Positions 13,301-26,585 of a stretch of DNA of 64,000 nt are shown one piece after another. The notes below the pieces were generated by a model. It saw nothing but the letters and a program-made list of their open reading frames with translations. It had not been told where the DNA came from and made no database searches. This DNA comes from Piromyces finnis finn (taxonomy: Eukaryota; Fungi; Neocallimastigomycota): contig MCFH01000017.1 in NCBI GenBank assembly GCA_002104945.1, positions 558,001 to 622,000 of the forward strand, given 5' to 3'. Position 1 is the stretch's first letter; every line of letters begins with the position of its first letter. A program made the translations under genes and the position numbers.

Positions 13301-16300
13301 AAATTAAATTAAAGAAATGAAATTATTAGAAGAGTTAATTATAATAAAAAATATTTTCACCTAATAATAAATTAAATAAATTAATATTAAATTACTACAA
13401 CATAAAAGAAATATTTATCAAATAGTTAGTAGTATGACTTTTAGTTGAGTTGTTATTATATGATGGAAATAAAGGTTAGTAGTGATATAGAAGTATTTAT
13501 TTCTATACTATTAGTTGACAATAGTGAATTTTTTGTTTTTCAATTTTAGATTACATTCATGTCACGTGTCAAATAAATTTATGTATTATGGAAAAAGTGA
13601 TTATTGAAAATTTTTGTTGTAGTATTAGAACAGTACTCATAGTAAATAGTAAAGTATTATGCATACTTATTCCTATGCAATTATATTTCTGATTTTATTA
13701 ATACTTTGTTATTGAAGTTTGAGTCACGTGTGTATAACATAGTTTATTAGTTATAGCTTTATGTTATATTAGTGATGTGAATATGAAAGACTTTTTATAA
13801 GGTTGGACAAAAAAGTGGTTGTATACTTGTAGATAATCCAAGGAGTACTTATATACTATCTATAGTAAACTATCTATAGAAACCAGTTTTTGATAAGGTC
13901 ACGTGGTTGTTAGTGTTATCGGAAAGTAATAAAATTAGAGTTTATCTATGTTGTTCATGAGTCTGTTAATGAATATATTTTATTAAATAAAAAGAAAATC
14001 TATTATTATATATTCTCTATCGATGCTGGAGTTTTCTAACTTTTGCTGGTTTATTGCTTATGTAATAAAATATCATTGTTTTATTATTTAATAAACTCGT
14101 GATTGGAAAGAGACAAAATTTTTTTAATTTTTAAATAGGATTGAGTCTACTCATAATATATTGATAATATATGGTGACTCCCAAGTAGACTTAAGGGTGT
14201 TGGAAAAATCGTAGTTTTTACTTAAATAATAAATATAAAATAGTAGAAAAAGTACATAAAAATTGTCTATCGAACTATCTTTTTATATTTATTATTTTAA
14301 AAGTTGCATTTATCCTATATTGTACAACTTAAAATTTAATTTTAAGTCGTACAAAGATGGTGTAAAGGTGCAAAGACGTCAGAATGTATAAATTTAAAAA
14401 TATTTATTCTAAAAGAGTTCAAAGTGTCCTGCGGTCAGCCATTACAGCTTTGAAAAAAATTATTCCAAAGATGTCTGTGTCAAACAACCATAGCATTGGA
14501 ATTATATTCTCTTTCTTCCTTTCTTTTAATTAATAAATATTGTTTTAATTTATTAGCTTGGACTTTTCTTTCCCTTAATCATATGTTCTGGCTTGGCTTG
14601 AGATAAGATACATTGGTCATGATTAACTTTTGAAAGTTCCAACAAAACATATCAAATTCTTCCAATTCATCAAGAAGATTCTCGGTCATATTTAATTTCT
14701 TTTGTTTTTCTTCCGGAGCATTGTACTTCTTGACTTTTAGAAAGTTGAAGACCAAAGTAATCATTCATTAAAAAATCCATTCCATTGACTACTTTCTGAA
14801 GAAATGAAAAAGCTGACACTGTTGGCGTTTCTCTTGACGGTGGATGGAATGCTACATTAACTGGATTATCCTTATCCGTCTTTTGTAAAGATATCAAACG
14901 CCTCAGCTTGATATCTTTAATGTAACTTAAGCCACAAGTATTATTGTTTAAGTTACACAAATTATATTCAGAAAAAGAAAATGAGACATAATTTATTTAT
15001 TAATAATTAAAGTTTAAAACAAAATAAATTATTAATTTATTTTTAATGTTTAACAAGTAAATTAATATTCTCAATTTAAATCCCTAGTTTTAGTATTGTT
15101 TTTTCATAGAAATAAATAAATAATAAATGATTAATATATCAATAATACATGGGCACATATTCAAATTGAATAGTACTTAATTTGAATTGCCAATTGTATT
15201 TTACTAAAAATAGTTATAGTTTAAATATTTATTAATAATTAAGATTTTAGTGTAGATTTTAAATAATAATATATAAGAAATAAATAGTTATAATATAATA
15301 TAAATGTATTTAGGAAAAATATAAATAGAAGATATTTTTCATCATTTTATCGATGTAATTGTTATTATTAAAATTCTATTATAATAAAAGATATTTTTAA
15401 TAAAACAATTTTTTATTTTTATTTTAAATTTAGTGTTATTGTAACAGAATAGATATCCTAATCTATTCTTTCTGTGTCGCCATTACAACTATTTATTATA
15501 TATTTACTATTAAAAATGCTAAATTAAACTAATTTTAATTAAATAAAAAAAACTTTCTAAGATTTAATTTGAATATTTAAAATATTTAAATTTAATTATC
15601 CATTAATTTAAATATTTATCCAAAATTTATTTTAACTTTGATATTTTAAAATTAATTATTATTTAATTATTCCATAAAATTTATAAAATTTTACAAATAA
15701 TTTTTTCATTAAAATATCAAAATTATTATAATTATTAGTTAATTAAATAATTTATAGATATATTTTATATCTTTACATTTATGAAGTAGTCAAAGACTCT
15801 TATATAATCCCTAATCGTATTAGTAGAAGCAACACTAAAATTTTAGAGCTAGACAATAGAAATATCAATGAAGCTTCTGACAAAATTACCCACTTCAATT
15901 AAAATGAAATATTAAACGAAACTAATTGGAGTAATGTAAAATTCCAAATAAATGCTCATCATCTTTTTTTTTTATAATATAATTAATAAAAAAATTAAAT
16001 TAAAGAAATGAAATTATTAGAAGAGTTAATTATAATAAAAAATATTTTCACCTAATAATAAATTAAATAAATTAATATTAAATTACTACAACATAAAAGA
16101 AATATTTATCAAATAGTTAGTAGTATGACTTTTAGTTGAGTTGTTATTATATGATGGAAATAAAGGTTAGTAGTGATATAGAAGTATTTATTTCTATACT
16201 ATTAGTTGACAATAGTGAATTTTTTGTTTTTCAATTTTAGATTACATTCATGTCACGTGTCAAATAAATTTATGTATTATGGAAAAAGTGATTATTGAAA

Positions 16301-17269
16301 ATTTTTGTTGTAGTATTAGAACAGTACTCATAGTAAATAGTAAAGTATTATGCATACTTATTCCTATGCAATTATATTTCTGATTTTATTAATACTTTGT
16401 TATTGAAGTTTGAGTCACGTGTGTATAACATAGTTTATTAGTTATAGCTTTATGTTATATTAGTGATGTGAATATGAAAGACTTTTTATAAGGTTGGACA
16501 AAAAAGTGGTTGTATACTTGTAGATAATCCAAGGAGTACTTATATACTATCTATAGTAAACTATCTATAGAAACCAGTTTTTGATAAGGTCACGTGGTTG
16601 TTAGTGTTATCGGAAAGTAATAAAATTAGAGTTTATCTATGTTGTTCATGAGTCTGTTAATGAATATATTTTATTAAATAAAAAGAAAATCTATTATTAT
16701 ATATTCTCTATCGATGCTGGAGTTTTCTAACTTTTGCTGGTTTATTGCTTATGTAATAAAATATCATTGTTTTATTATTTAATAAACTCGTGATTGGAAA
16801 GAGACAAAATTTTTTTAATTTTTAAATAGGATTGAGTCTACTCATAATATATTGATAATATATGGTGACTCCCAAGTAGACTTAAGGGTGTTGGAAAAAT
16901 CGTAGTTTTTACTTAAATAATAAATATAAAATAGTAGAAAAAGTACATAAAAATTGTCTATCGAACTATCTTTTTATATTTATTATTTTAAAAGTTGCAT
17001 TTATCCTATATTGTACAACTTAAAATTTAATTTTAAGTCGTACAAAGATGGTGTAAAGGTGCAAAGACGTCAGAATGTATAAATTTAAAAATATTTATTC
17101 TAAAAGAGTTCAAAGTGTCCTGCGGTCAGCCATTACAGCTTTGAAAAAAATTATTCCAAAGATGTCTGTGTCAAACAACCATAGCATTGGAATTATATTC
17201 TCTTTCTTCCTTTCTTTTAATTAATAAATATTGTTTTAATTTATTAGCTTGGACTTTTCTTTCCCTTAA

Positions 17270-18430
17270 TCATATGTTCTGGCTTGGCTTGAGATAAGAT
17301 ACATTGGTCATGATTAACTTTTGAAAGTTCCAACAAAACATATCAAATTCTTCCAATTCATCAAGAAGATTCTCGGTCATATTTAATTTCTTTTGTTTTT
17401 CTTCCGGAGCATTGTACTTCTTGACTTTTAGAAAGTTGAAGACCAAAGTAATCATTCATTAAAAAATCCATTCCATTGACTACTTTCTGAAGAAATGAAA
17501 AAGCTGACACTGTTGGCGTTTCTCTTGACGGTGGATGGAATGCTACATTAACTGGATTATCCTTATCCGTCTTTTGTAAAGATATCAAACGCCTCAGCTT
17601 GATATCTTTAATGTAACTTAAGCCACAAGTATTATTGTTTAAGTTACACAAATTATATTCAGAAAAAGAAAATGAGACATAATTTATTTATTAATAATTA
17701 AAGTTTAAAACAAAATAAATTATTAATTTATTTTCAATGTTTAACAAGTAAATTAATATTCTCAATTTAAATCCCTAGTTTTAGTATTGTTTTTTCATAG
17801 AAATAGATAAATAATATATAAATAATAAATGATTAATATATCAATAATACATGGGCACATATTCAAATTGAATAGTACTTAATTTGAATTGCCAATTGTA
17901 TTTTACTAAAAATAGCTATAGTTTAAATATTTATTAATAATTAAGATTTTAGTGTAGATTTTAAATAATAATAAGAAATAAATAGTTATAATAATATAAA
18001 TGTATTTAGGAAAAATATAAATAGAAGATATTTTTCATCATTTTATCGATGTAATTGTTATTAATAAATTTCTACCATAAAAGATATTTTTAATAAAACA
18101 ATTTTTATTTTTTATTTTAAATTTAGTGTTATTGTAATAGAATAGATATCCTAATCTATTCTTCTAGTGTCAACATTACATCTTTGAAATATGCAAATCT
18201 AGCTTTAATGCTAAACTATATAACCGCATTAAACTACTGGGTACACCTAGAAAACAGTGTGAATTGGATACTTTCCCATAATTCAATATCCATTGTAAAT
18301 CCTTTTCAATGACTTCGTAGTAACTTTGGATTTCACTATAATCAGGCCTACCGCTTTGATTATTAAAACATTAAATCTTCTTCGTCCAGTAGAATGCTAG
18401 ACTTGCTGAATATTTATAACAGGTCTAATA
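17270..18430 (-). pseudogene. Unidentified degraded coding sequence split by R4; its 3' part is repeated three times in the array
   Basis: After removing R4 and one TSD, the frame reads LGVPSSLMRLYSLALKLDLHISK|TDKDNPVNVAFHPPSRE across the junction. Frameshifts are present; product not recognised. Confidence 0.45.
17575..18180 (+). repeat. R-family solo LTR R4
   Basis: TG...CA; 5-bp TSD TCTTT on both sides. Confidence 0.92.
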
Positions 18431-18431
18431 A

Positions 18432-18703
18432 TGTAAAAGTATAAAATTCAAAACGATTTTTCACTTAACAATTTTTATTTTTAAAAATATTTAAAGCTCT
18501 AAAAAAATATTATTAATTATATAATAGTTAATAATTAAAAAATTAATATTAAATTTTTTAACCAATCAAGAATATTATGTTGGTAAAGTTTAAATAAAAA
18601 AATAAAATAAAACAAATAATAGAAAAGTAATTTAGAGGTTTCAAATTCAAGACATTCGTATAAAAGTTACTAACCACTAAAACAATTTCTTTATTTCTAT
18701 GAT
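18432..18703 (-). repeat. Diverged A-family LTR, cut near its 5' end by an LTR1 insertion
   Basis: Shares the TAGTGGTTAGTAAC...GAAACCTC module with 31553-31961 and 21074-21502. Confidence 0.6.
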
Positions 18704-19139
18704 TGTAAAAAAGCGATTTTTTATTAAAGAAAAGTGTGATAAGCACACTAGTTATTAATTAGCTAGTATAATACGCTTTCCTATTAAAGGCGTAAAGTTA
18801 ATAATATTTATATAAAGAAAAATAATTAATATTAGTATATATTAAGTTATTAAAAATATTAAAATTTTTAAAGTTTTAGGTTTTATAGGAGTTTATAACT
18901 TTTATTAACTTTAAGTTAAAAAATTACTAACGCTAAAGCTTCGTAATTTTGTCAATTTTTGTTCTTTTTATACTTGAACAATTTTAATTTTTACAGTTTT
19001 AATTAATTAATTATTGTTTAATTATAAAATATTTAATTTTTATAAATTAATAATTAATATAATTATTGTAAATGGTTAATAAATTTAAAATTTTTAATAA
19101 TGTGAAATAAATTTAATTAATAAATAATTTTATTAATAA
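18704..19139 (-). repeat. Older, truncated LTR1-family copy (e)
   Basis: Reverse complement of the 3' two-thirds of 42857-43475, diverged; interrupted by the Copia C1 LTR. Confidence 0.85.
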
Positions 19140-20178
19140 GGTTAACAAAGAGAAAAAGTTACATTGTAAATATTACAGTTATATAATGAGATGTAAGGTC
19201 ATGTGACCATATAAAATAAAATAAAATAAATAAAAAATAACTATCTCTACAACACGTAGACATTACGTTTACAACACTTTTAATACATGTTTATGTTTTT
19301 ATACATTAGTCACGTGTGTTTAATATATGATATAGATAAATAAAATTATGAGCCATAAATGTTCACACTCCCCCTCAAATTAGATTATCTTTAAGAATAT
19401 CTTATTTGTATATTCAAACATTCTTGGACCATGTAGATCTTTAGTTAAAGGGTCAGCTAACATTTCTTTAGTGTTTATATATTCAATTTTTATATTGTTC
19501 TTTTCTATGTTGTCAATAATGAAATAGTAGTGTATATTTATGTGTTTTAACTTAGTGTTTATTTCACCGTTTTCTATTATTTTCTTGCTTGCCTTGTTGT
19601 CGGTGAATAAAGTTATATTTTTGTAATTTAAAATTTCATCTACCATATTTTTGATCCATAGGATTTTCTTCGTATTCATTGACGTACTAATGTACTCAGC
19701 CTCAGCGGTAGACGTAGCCACACATGTTTGTTTCTTCGACAACCAGCATATTGGGCTGTTTTCCATTAAGATTATCCCTCCAGAGGTAGATTTAAAGTCT
19801 TCTGTGCCTCCGTAGTCCGAATCAGTGTATCCTTGGATTTTTCCTTCACCACTTTATTCGATTTTGTAATGCTTTGTAGTGGATAAGTATCTGAAAATAT
19901 TTACAATTGTATTCCAGTCAGATACTGTTGGGTTTTCGGTTATTCTTTAACACTAAAAAATAAAAACAAATATAATAAAAAAAATAATAATGCTAAATAA
20001 AAAATATTGAAATTAATCATTTGTCTATATTTTTTATTAATTTTATAATTTTTAATTATTATGTTTATAATAATTTTTTTCCTTATTTGTTTACATTATA
20101 TATAAATTTTATTTTATTTTATCTTGTTTTAGTATTTTAATTTTTTTTTCTGTTTTATTTTTTTATCCGGTAAAGAGT

Positions 20179-20659
20179 CTAAAAACAGTCAGAATAACAT
20201 TTAAGAGCACTTGGACCAATTCCAATAATACATGCGATAGCTTCTGGTCCAGTAAATGGACCAAAACCATAAAGAGCTAGGTAAATGGTTATTCCGGCGG
20301 TGTAGGCAGCACAAACAAAAAGCTTTTTCCAGTCGCAATCATCACCTCTAGCAACAAGAGATTTTGTTCCAGTATACCCCAAGTCGGCTTCGTATAATTT
20401 TTCTTCAAATTCTTCGACCACGGCTTGTCTAATGTTGTAAACTTCGTCACTGGTAGTGGCATTATTGCTAATAGATACAGAATTGATAATATATTCGAAG
20501 CCGCTACTTACCATTTCTTTTAATTGATTATCCGTAATATCAGTGTTGTGGATATCACAAATTTCTTCATAATTAATCATTTTGTTCATTAATTCTTTAA
20601 CTGAACTACTTAATACAAGCATAGTATTAAGTAAAAGGTACTAAAAATAAAAATTTCAT
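20179..20659 (-). CDS. Putative secreted Cys-rich pro-peptide (signal peptide, acidic pro-region, LVAR site, 55-aa hydrophobic mature peptide); 1-nt frameshift in the signal peptide
   Basis: ORF 20179-20622. An upstream ATG at 20659 gives MKFLFLV(L/P)LLNTMLVLSS if one base near 20635 is removed. Sits in a 790-bp non-TE cassette (19948-20737). Confidence 0.75.
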
Positions 20660-21073
20660 TTTAGTTATTTTTTATGTTATAATTATTTGTTATTACCTTT
20701 TTTTTTACTTGTTTTTATATAATTCATAAAAATAATATTGCAGCTTTATTAACAGCGAAAGCAATATCCGGTCTAGTACATTTTGATAAGTATATTAATG
20801 CACCTATTGCACTTTTATATTTAGTCCTATCAAAAGTATTATTATTTGAGGTGCTCTTATCAATTGTTGTACATGGAGTATTTCTATTACATACATTCTC
20901 CATGTAAAATCTTTGTAATACATTATTAATGTAATTTTCTTGAGAAATAATGTATTTGGAACCTTTCTTCTCAATCTTTATTCCTAGAATATAATTAATG
21001 GGATCACTATTTGATATTTTAAATTTACTTTTAATTTTGCTTATTACTCTCTATTGTATTTGTTTTTCCAACT

Positions 21074-21502
21074 TGTAAAGAAATGTGTCTTTAACAATAA
21101 AAACAAATTATAATATTTACTAAATAACTTAGTAATATTACCACTTTAAAATATTCTGTAAATTATTAATTTATAAAAATATCATTAAAAACACATAGAA
21201 TTTAACTTAATAAGTTAGTGTTTAATAATATAATTATTTATTAATAAAATCTCGATTCTTTAAAATATTTGGGAAAATTCACTCGTATTTATACTAAAAT
21301 TTTTTTAAATTAATTTATAAAATTTTTTCAACTTAAAATTCTTAGCCAATCAATAATCTTCATATAAAATAAAATTTAAAAATAAAATAAAATTATAATT
21401 TTTTAAAATAGTATCTATGAAGTCTCAAACTAGATTCATTCAGACTCAAAGTCTTAGCTACTAACCACTAAGACAATTTAGTTATTTCTAGTATTTGTTA
21501 CA
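21074..21502 (-). repeat. A-family solo LTR (429 bp) in C1 RT
   Basis: TG...CA; TSD CAACT on both sides. Confidence 0.9.
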
Positions 21503-23045
21503 CAACTATAACCATGTCGTCTACATATAGACCAATTATACATTTTACGTATTTATTTTCTTTTAACGTATAAATACATTGTTCGGATTTTAATGGTTTA
21601 AAGTTATTATTTTTCAGGAATTTATCTTGTTTTATTCCATTGTCATCCTGATTGTTTTAAACCATAAAGAGCTTTATTCAGCTTCCAGTATCCTCCCCCA
21701 AAGTTGCTATCTCCAAGCGGAATTGTGGTGTAAATATCCGTATCTAATGGAGCATTGAGGTAGGCAGCTTTAATATCAAGTTGATATATATCCCACTTAA
21801 ATTTTGCAGCAATAGCAATAATAAATACTGTCAATATTTAAGGTTGGAGAATAGGTTAAGTCAAAATCGATGCCTTGTTTTTGACGGAAACTTCTAGCTT
21901 TAAAACGTACAATTTTATTATTGTTGTCCCTTTTAACAGCAAAAACCCATTTGATAGATATAATATTTTTGTTTTTTGGGATATTTTTAACTAGGGACAT
22001 AATTTTATTAGAATATAAATCATTCAATTCATCTTGAATAGCTGCGTTCCAATATTTTGAATTTGTCCAAGACATAGCTTCTTTGTACGTAGTGGGTGCA
22101 TCAGTAAATACGGTAGCTATATATTTGTTCTTGTGCTTCTTAGGAGTACCGGAATTATTCAGAGAGGTAGGACTGCAAAGTCTTTTTCTTTCAGGATGGG
22201 AGGAATCATCAGATTTATCGGCTATGATATCATCCATGATATCATTTTCATCTTCCAAATTTGGATCAGGATCATTCATAGATTTATTGTCGTCCGGGAT
22301 AAGAATGGGTGTCACGTGTAATATCAGTAGAATCAGAAATTTTTGAATTTAAATTTATGTTATCATTAATATCCATAGTATCTGAGTTAGTAGAATTATC
22401 ATGTGTAACATTAGAATTTATGCTAGAGTTATTTGATTTATCATCCAATAGAATGTTTTCATTTTTATTTTGAATTTTTGAGTCAATTTTTTCACAATGA
22501 TTAATAATTGGATTTACAGTAGAATTTTCACCAGTATTTTTGGTATTAGAAATACTTTCAGTGATGAAATTTTCATTTGAAGAATTATTAAAATAATCAG
22601 GATTTTCAATAATATTATTTTTGTTTTTATCAGTAAGATTTATTCCAGAGCGAACGTTATCAGGACCAGAATTTTCAGGATATTGGTATTTGTTATTTTC
22701 GTTAATATTATTTGAAATTTTATAATTTTTCTTTTCGAAATTGCAATTGTCATTTGCAATTTCTTCTAAAACTTTTAAAATGTCATTAGTAAATTTATTT
22801 TTATTAAATTTCGAATTTAAATTATTATTTTTGTTTTGAGTGTCGTTTTTTAAATTACTGTTTAAATTATTTTTTGAATTTTCTTCAACTTTGAAGTTTA
22901 TATTATTCCTTTTATTAGTTTCTTCCTCTTTCCTTTCAGTTTTATCTTCTTTTGTGTCGTTATATTTAGTATTTTCATAAACTGGGTCCTCGTCCATATT
23001 GTTGTCATTATCTTCTTCTTCAACCATTTCTTCTTCTACCTCTTC

Positions 23046-23648
23046 TGTAAAGTCGACACTAAAAGAATAGATTAGGATATCTATTCTATTACAATAACAC
23101 CAAAATTAAAAATAAAATTGTTTTTTAAAAATATCTTTTATAGTAGAAATTTTATTAATAACAATTACATTAATAAAATGATGAAAAATATCTTCTATTT
23201 ATATTTTTCCTAAATACATTTATATTATATTATAACTTTATTTAAAATATATTATTATTTAAAACCTACACTAAAATCTTAATTATTAATAAAATATTTA
23301 AACTATAACTATTTTAGTAAAATTATATAGGCAATTCAAATCAAGTACTATTTAATTTGAATATGTGCCCATGTATTATTTATATATTAATCATTTATTA
23401 TTTATATACTATTCATCTTTTTCTATCAAAAACAATACTAAAACTAAGAAATTAAATTGAGAAATTTAATTTATTTGTAAAACATTAAAAATAAATTAAT
23501 AATTTATTTTGTTTCAAACTTTAATTATTATTAAATAAATTATGTCTCATTTTCTTTTTCTGTAATATAAATTGTGTAACTTAAGCAATAATACTTGTAG
23601 TTTAAGTTACATTAAAGATATCAAGCTGAGGCGTTTGATATCTTTACA
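23046..23648 (-). repeat. R-family solo LTR (603 bp) in C1
   Basis: TG...CA; TSD TCTTC on both sides. Confidence 0.93.
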
Positions 23649-25833
23649 TCTTCTTCTTTTACTTTTTCTTCTTTTACTTCTTCATTATTTTTAAAGTGGA
23701 TATTCACCTTTTTCTTGGAAGTAGTCCTTTCTGTATTATTGTTTTCTTTATTTATATTTGAATTTGTATCCGTAGTGTTGTTGTTCTTGTTGTCAATAAC
23801 TTTCTCTTTTACACCTTCTGTGTTATTGTTGTTCTTCGACGAATCTGAGAGGACCTTATTGTCATAATTGTTGATATTATATGAATCGTTGAAAGAAAAA
23901 TACGGATCATTTATATTTTCATTTTTATAAGTGTATTGTGCCGGCTTATCTTCACAGCATTCTATTTCCCTAGAATAGTGGATTTTAAATTTATCACCAC
24001 ATATCTCCGTGACAATATATGAGTGATGTACTTCACTGAACCCAAGAAATATTCCTTCCTTCGAGTTTGGTGCGAAGAGAATAGTCCTTAAAGTAACATA
24101 TACATCCAAATACCTTTAGGTATTTTAGATCGGCTTCCTCGTTTGTAAACATTTCATCAGGAATTAAGTTATCGTTTCCTTGGTGTGGTATTATGTTGTA
24201 AATATAACAAAATTATTTTACAGCAAAACTCCAAAAGTCTTCAGATAATTTAGCCTAATATAAAAGTGTTTTAGCAGAATTTTGAATAGTTTGGTTTATT
24301 CTTTCTGCTTTTCCATTTAATTAATGTACGTAAGGAGGTGAGTTTATCTTAGATATACCGTTTTCTTTACATTACTTTATAACTTTACTACTGTTATACT
24401 CTTTTGCACCATCTGTCTTGAATGTTTTGACTTTATATTTGTCAAAAGTATTATTGACATTCTCTAGGAATTCAATAATGATGTCCGGTGCCTCAGATCT
24501 TGACTTGAGAGTATAAATCCAAAGTTTTCTTGAATATTCATCCAGCATAGTCATAAAATATTTCTTATTGTTTACGGATGAATTAAATGGGCCTGAAATA
24601 TCGAAGTGAACAGTCTCTAGAACTCTTCCGGCTTTGGATACGATTTTGTTGTGAGGAGCCTTCTTCATTTTTGATATTTTTCAGTCTAAGCAAGGAGTTA
24701 CTTTAATTTTGTGCTGATTTAGATATTTCTTCAGATCCTTTTGGTAGAAATGGCCTAATCTCTTATGCCATGTATCTAAATCATATTCAAAATTTGCAAT
24801 AAATGGTTCGTTTTTCTTTTTATTAATGTTTATGAGTTTAATTTTGAATTGGTTTAATTCATTTGAGTATGTTTGCATTATATTTTTATTTTCAGAATCC
24901 TTGAAAATAAGTCTGACTTTTCCATCGTCAGTGATGTCTATAATGCTTCTTAAACCAACTTTAGCAAGTCCTACACCACTAATTAAATTCTTGCTAACTT
25001 TATCTGAGTACAAAACTTTTTCTAACTTGTAAGTTTTGTTTTTTATCTTAAACTCATATGCACCATAACCACTAAATTCACAGGTAGTTCCATTTGCACA
25101 TCTAAGTTGGATGTGTTCTTCTGTGAAGTTCACTAGAATGTCCTTATTATTAACTATATGTTCGGCGGCATCAGTATCATAGAACCATTCGTCGTATTTA
25201 TTTTTTTCATACACATAATCTATATCTTTTGTGTTAGAAGTGTCTTCCTCTGTAGCTTTATCCTTTTCAATGAGGTATATGTTTCTTTCTATTAGAGGTC
25301 TAATATCTTCAAATTCCACGTTAATGATAACTTTCGTTATCATCATAGTCTTCAAAGAAATCTACTTCTTGTTCGAATTTCTTTTGTTGTTATTTTTTCT
25401 TGTGAACTTGCCTCCCTTGTTGTGAGTTTCTTTTGGATTTGTTTTGATTATAGGTCTTATTATTATTGTTTCTTCTTTGTTCTCTTTCCATTTTTGCTTT
25501 TTGGTTGAATTCACACATTTCGGTAGAGTGACTGTGTTCACAGCAAATATGGCAGTAGGTACGGTGGCTTCTGTTTATATTTCTTCTGCTACCGTAGCTT
25601 TTATTCTTTGTTGGTTTGTTTTCTCTATTAACAAAATCAACATTCATTGGATCATCAACTTCGTCATCTTCATCTTGGTCGTTGATGATCCAATCCTCGA
25701 AGTAGAATTTGGTATTGATGCAACTTTTGACCTTCTCATAGGGCTTATCAGAAGTTTCATCTAAAGTTACGCTTATTTGGTTCTTGACACTTCTTGGAAG
25801 GGAATTGTACATATATTTCAACATTTCCCTTTC

Positions 25834-26585
25834 TGTAAAATATTAATCTTAAAACAGATTATATATTTAACAATAAAACAATTAAACACACGATAAAATA
25901 AAAATAGGAGTTTCTTTTTTTTTAAAAATTATCTTCTTTATTAATGGTTAGAAATAAAATAACAATTACATCGATTCAATTGATAAAATTTACATGTATT
26001 TATATTTTTTCATAATTATATTCTAATATATTATTCTATTTAAATAAACATATATTTAATATAAAATAAACAAAACTAATCTAATTAAATAATAAAATAA
26101 TAAAACTAAACTAAAACTAATTCATTATACTTTTAATTTAATTTGAGTAAACTCAAAATTGAATAAAGCTCAGGTATTATCTATAAATTAATTTAATATT
26201 ATCAATACTATTCTTAATATATTTCCTATTGAAATATAAACACATCTATTTTTAAAACTAAGTTAAAATTATTAAACTATTCTAAATTTAAATAAGAAAG
26301 TATATTATTATTAAACTATTCTAAAATTAAATAAAAAGTATTTAAAGTTATTATGAATATTTAAAATATTTGAAATATTTAAATTTAATTAGGATTCTTT
26401 TGTTCCTTAAATTTAAATATTTATCTTTATTTAATTTTGACGGAATTATTATAAAATAATTTATTATTAAATTATTCCATTGAATATTAAAAACTTCATA
26501 GTTAATTTTAATAAATATTAATTTATTATTTAATAATTAATAGTTAATTATTAAATAATCTAAAGATATATATTATATCTTTACA
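25834..26585 (-). repeat. N-family solo LTR (752 bp) in C1 gag
   Basis: TG...CA; TSD CTTTC; the gag frame (MTLSER|EMLKYMY) rejoins when it is removed. Confidence 0.92.

Larger units (their letters stand above)
9503..18180 (+). repeat. Tandem array: four R LTRs (9503, 12194, 14884, 17575) separating three near-identical ~2.09-kb segments
   Basis: Period 2690-2691 bp; the identical ORFs 11889/14579/17270 and 11980/14670/17361 recur at this spacing. Confidence 0.97.

Noticed and set aside
11889-17651. Three identical ORF pairs that look like a tandem gene family; similar ORF at 62402-62683
   Set aside because: The 96-aa ORFs start inside the antisense R LTR and are by-products of the triplication.
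9503-18180. Tandem TRIM/LARD-type non-autonomous element
   Set aside because: The two outer LTRs each have their own TSD and the internal segment has no PBS or PPT.
20620-20640. An intron explaining the frameshift in the peptide gene (GTACCT donor-like)
   Set aside because: The nearest AG gives only ~30 nt and would remove the hydrophobic core of the signal peptide; a 1-nt indel is simpler.
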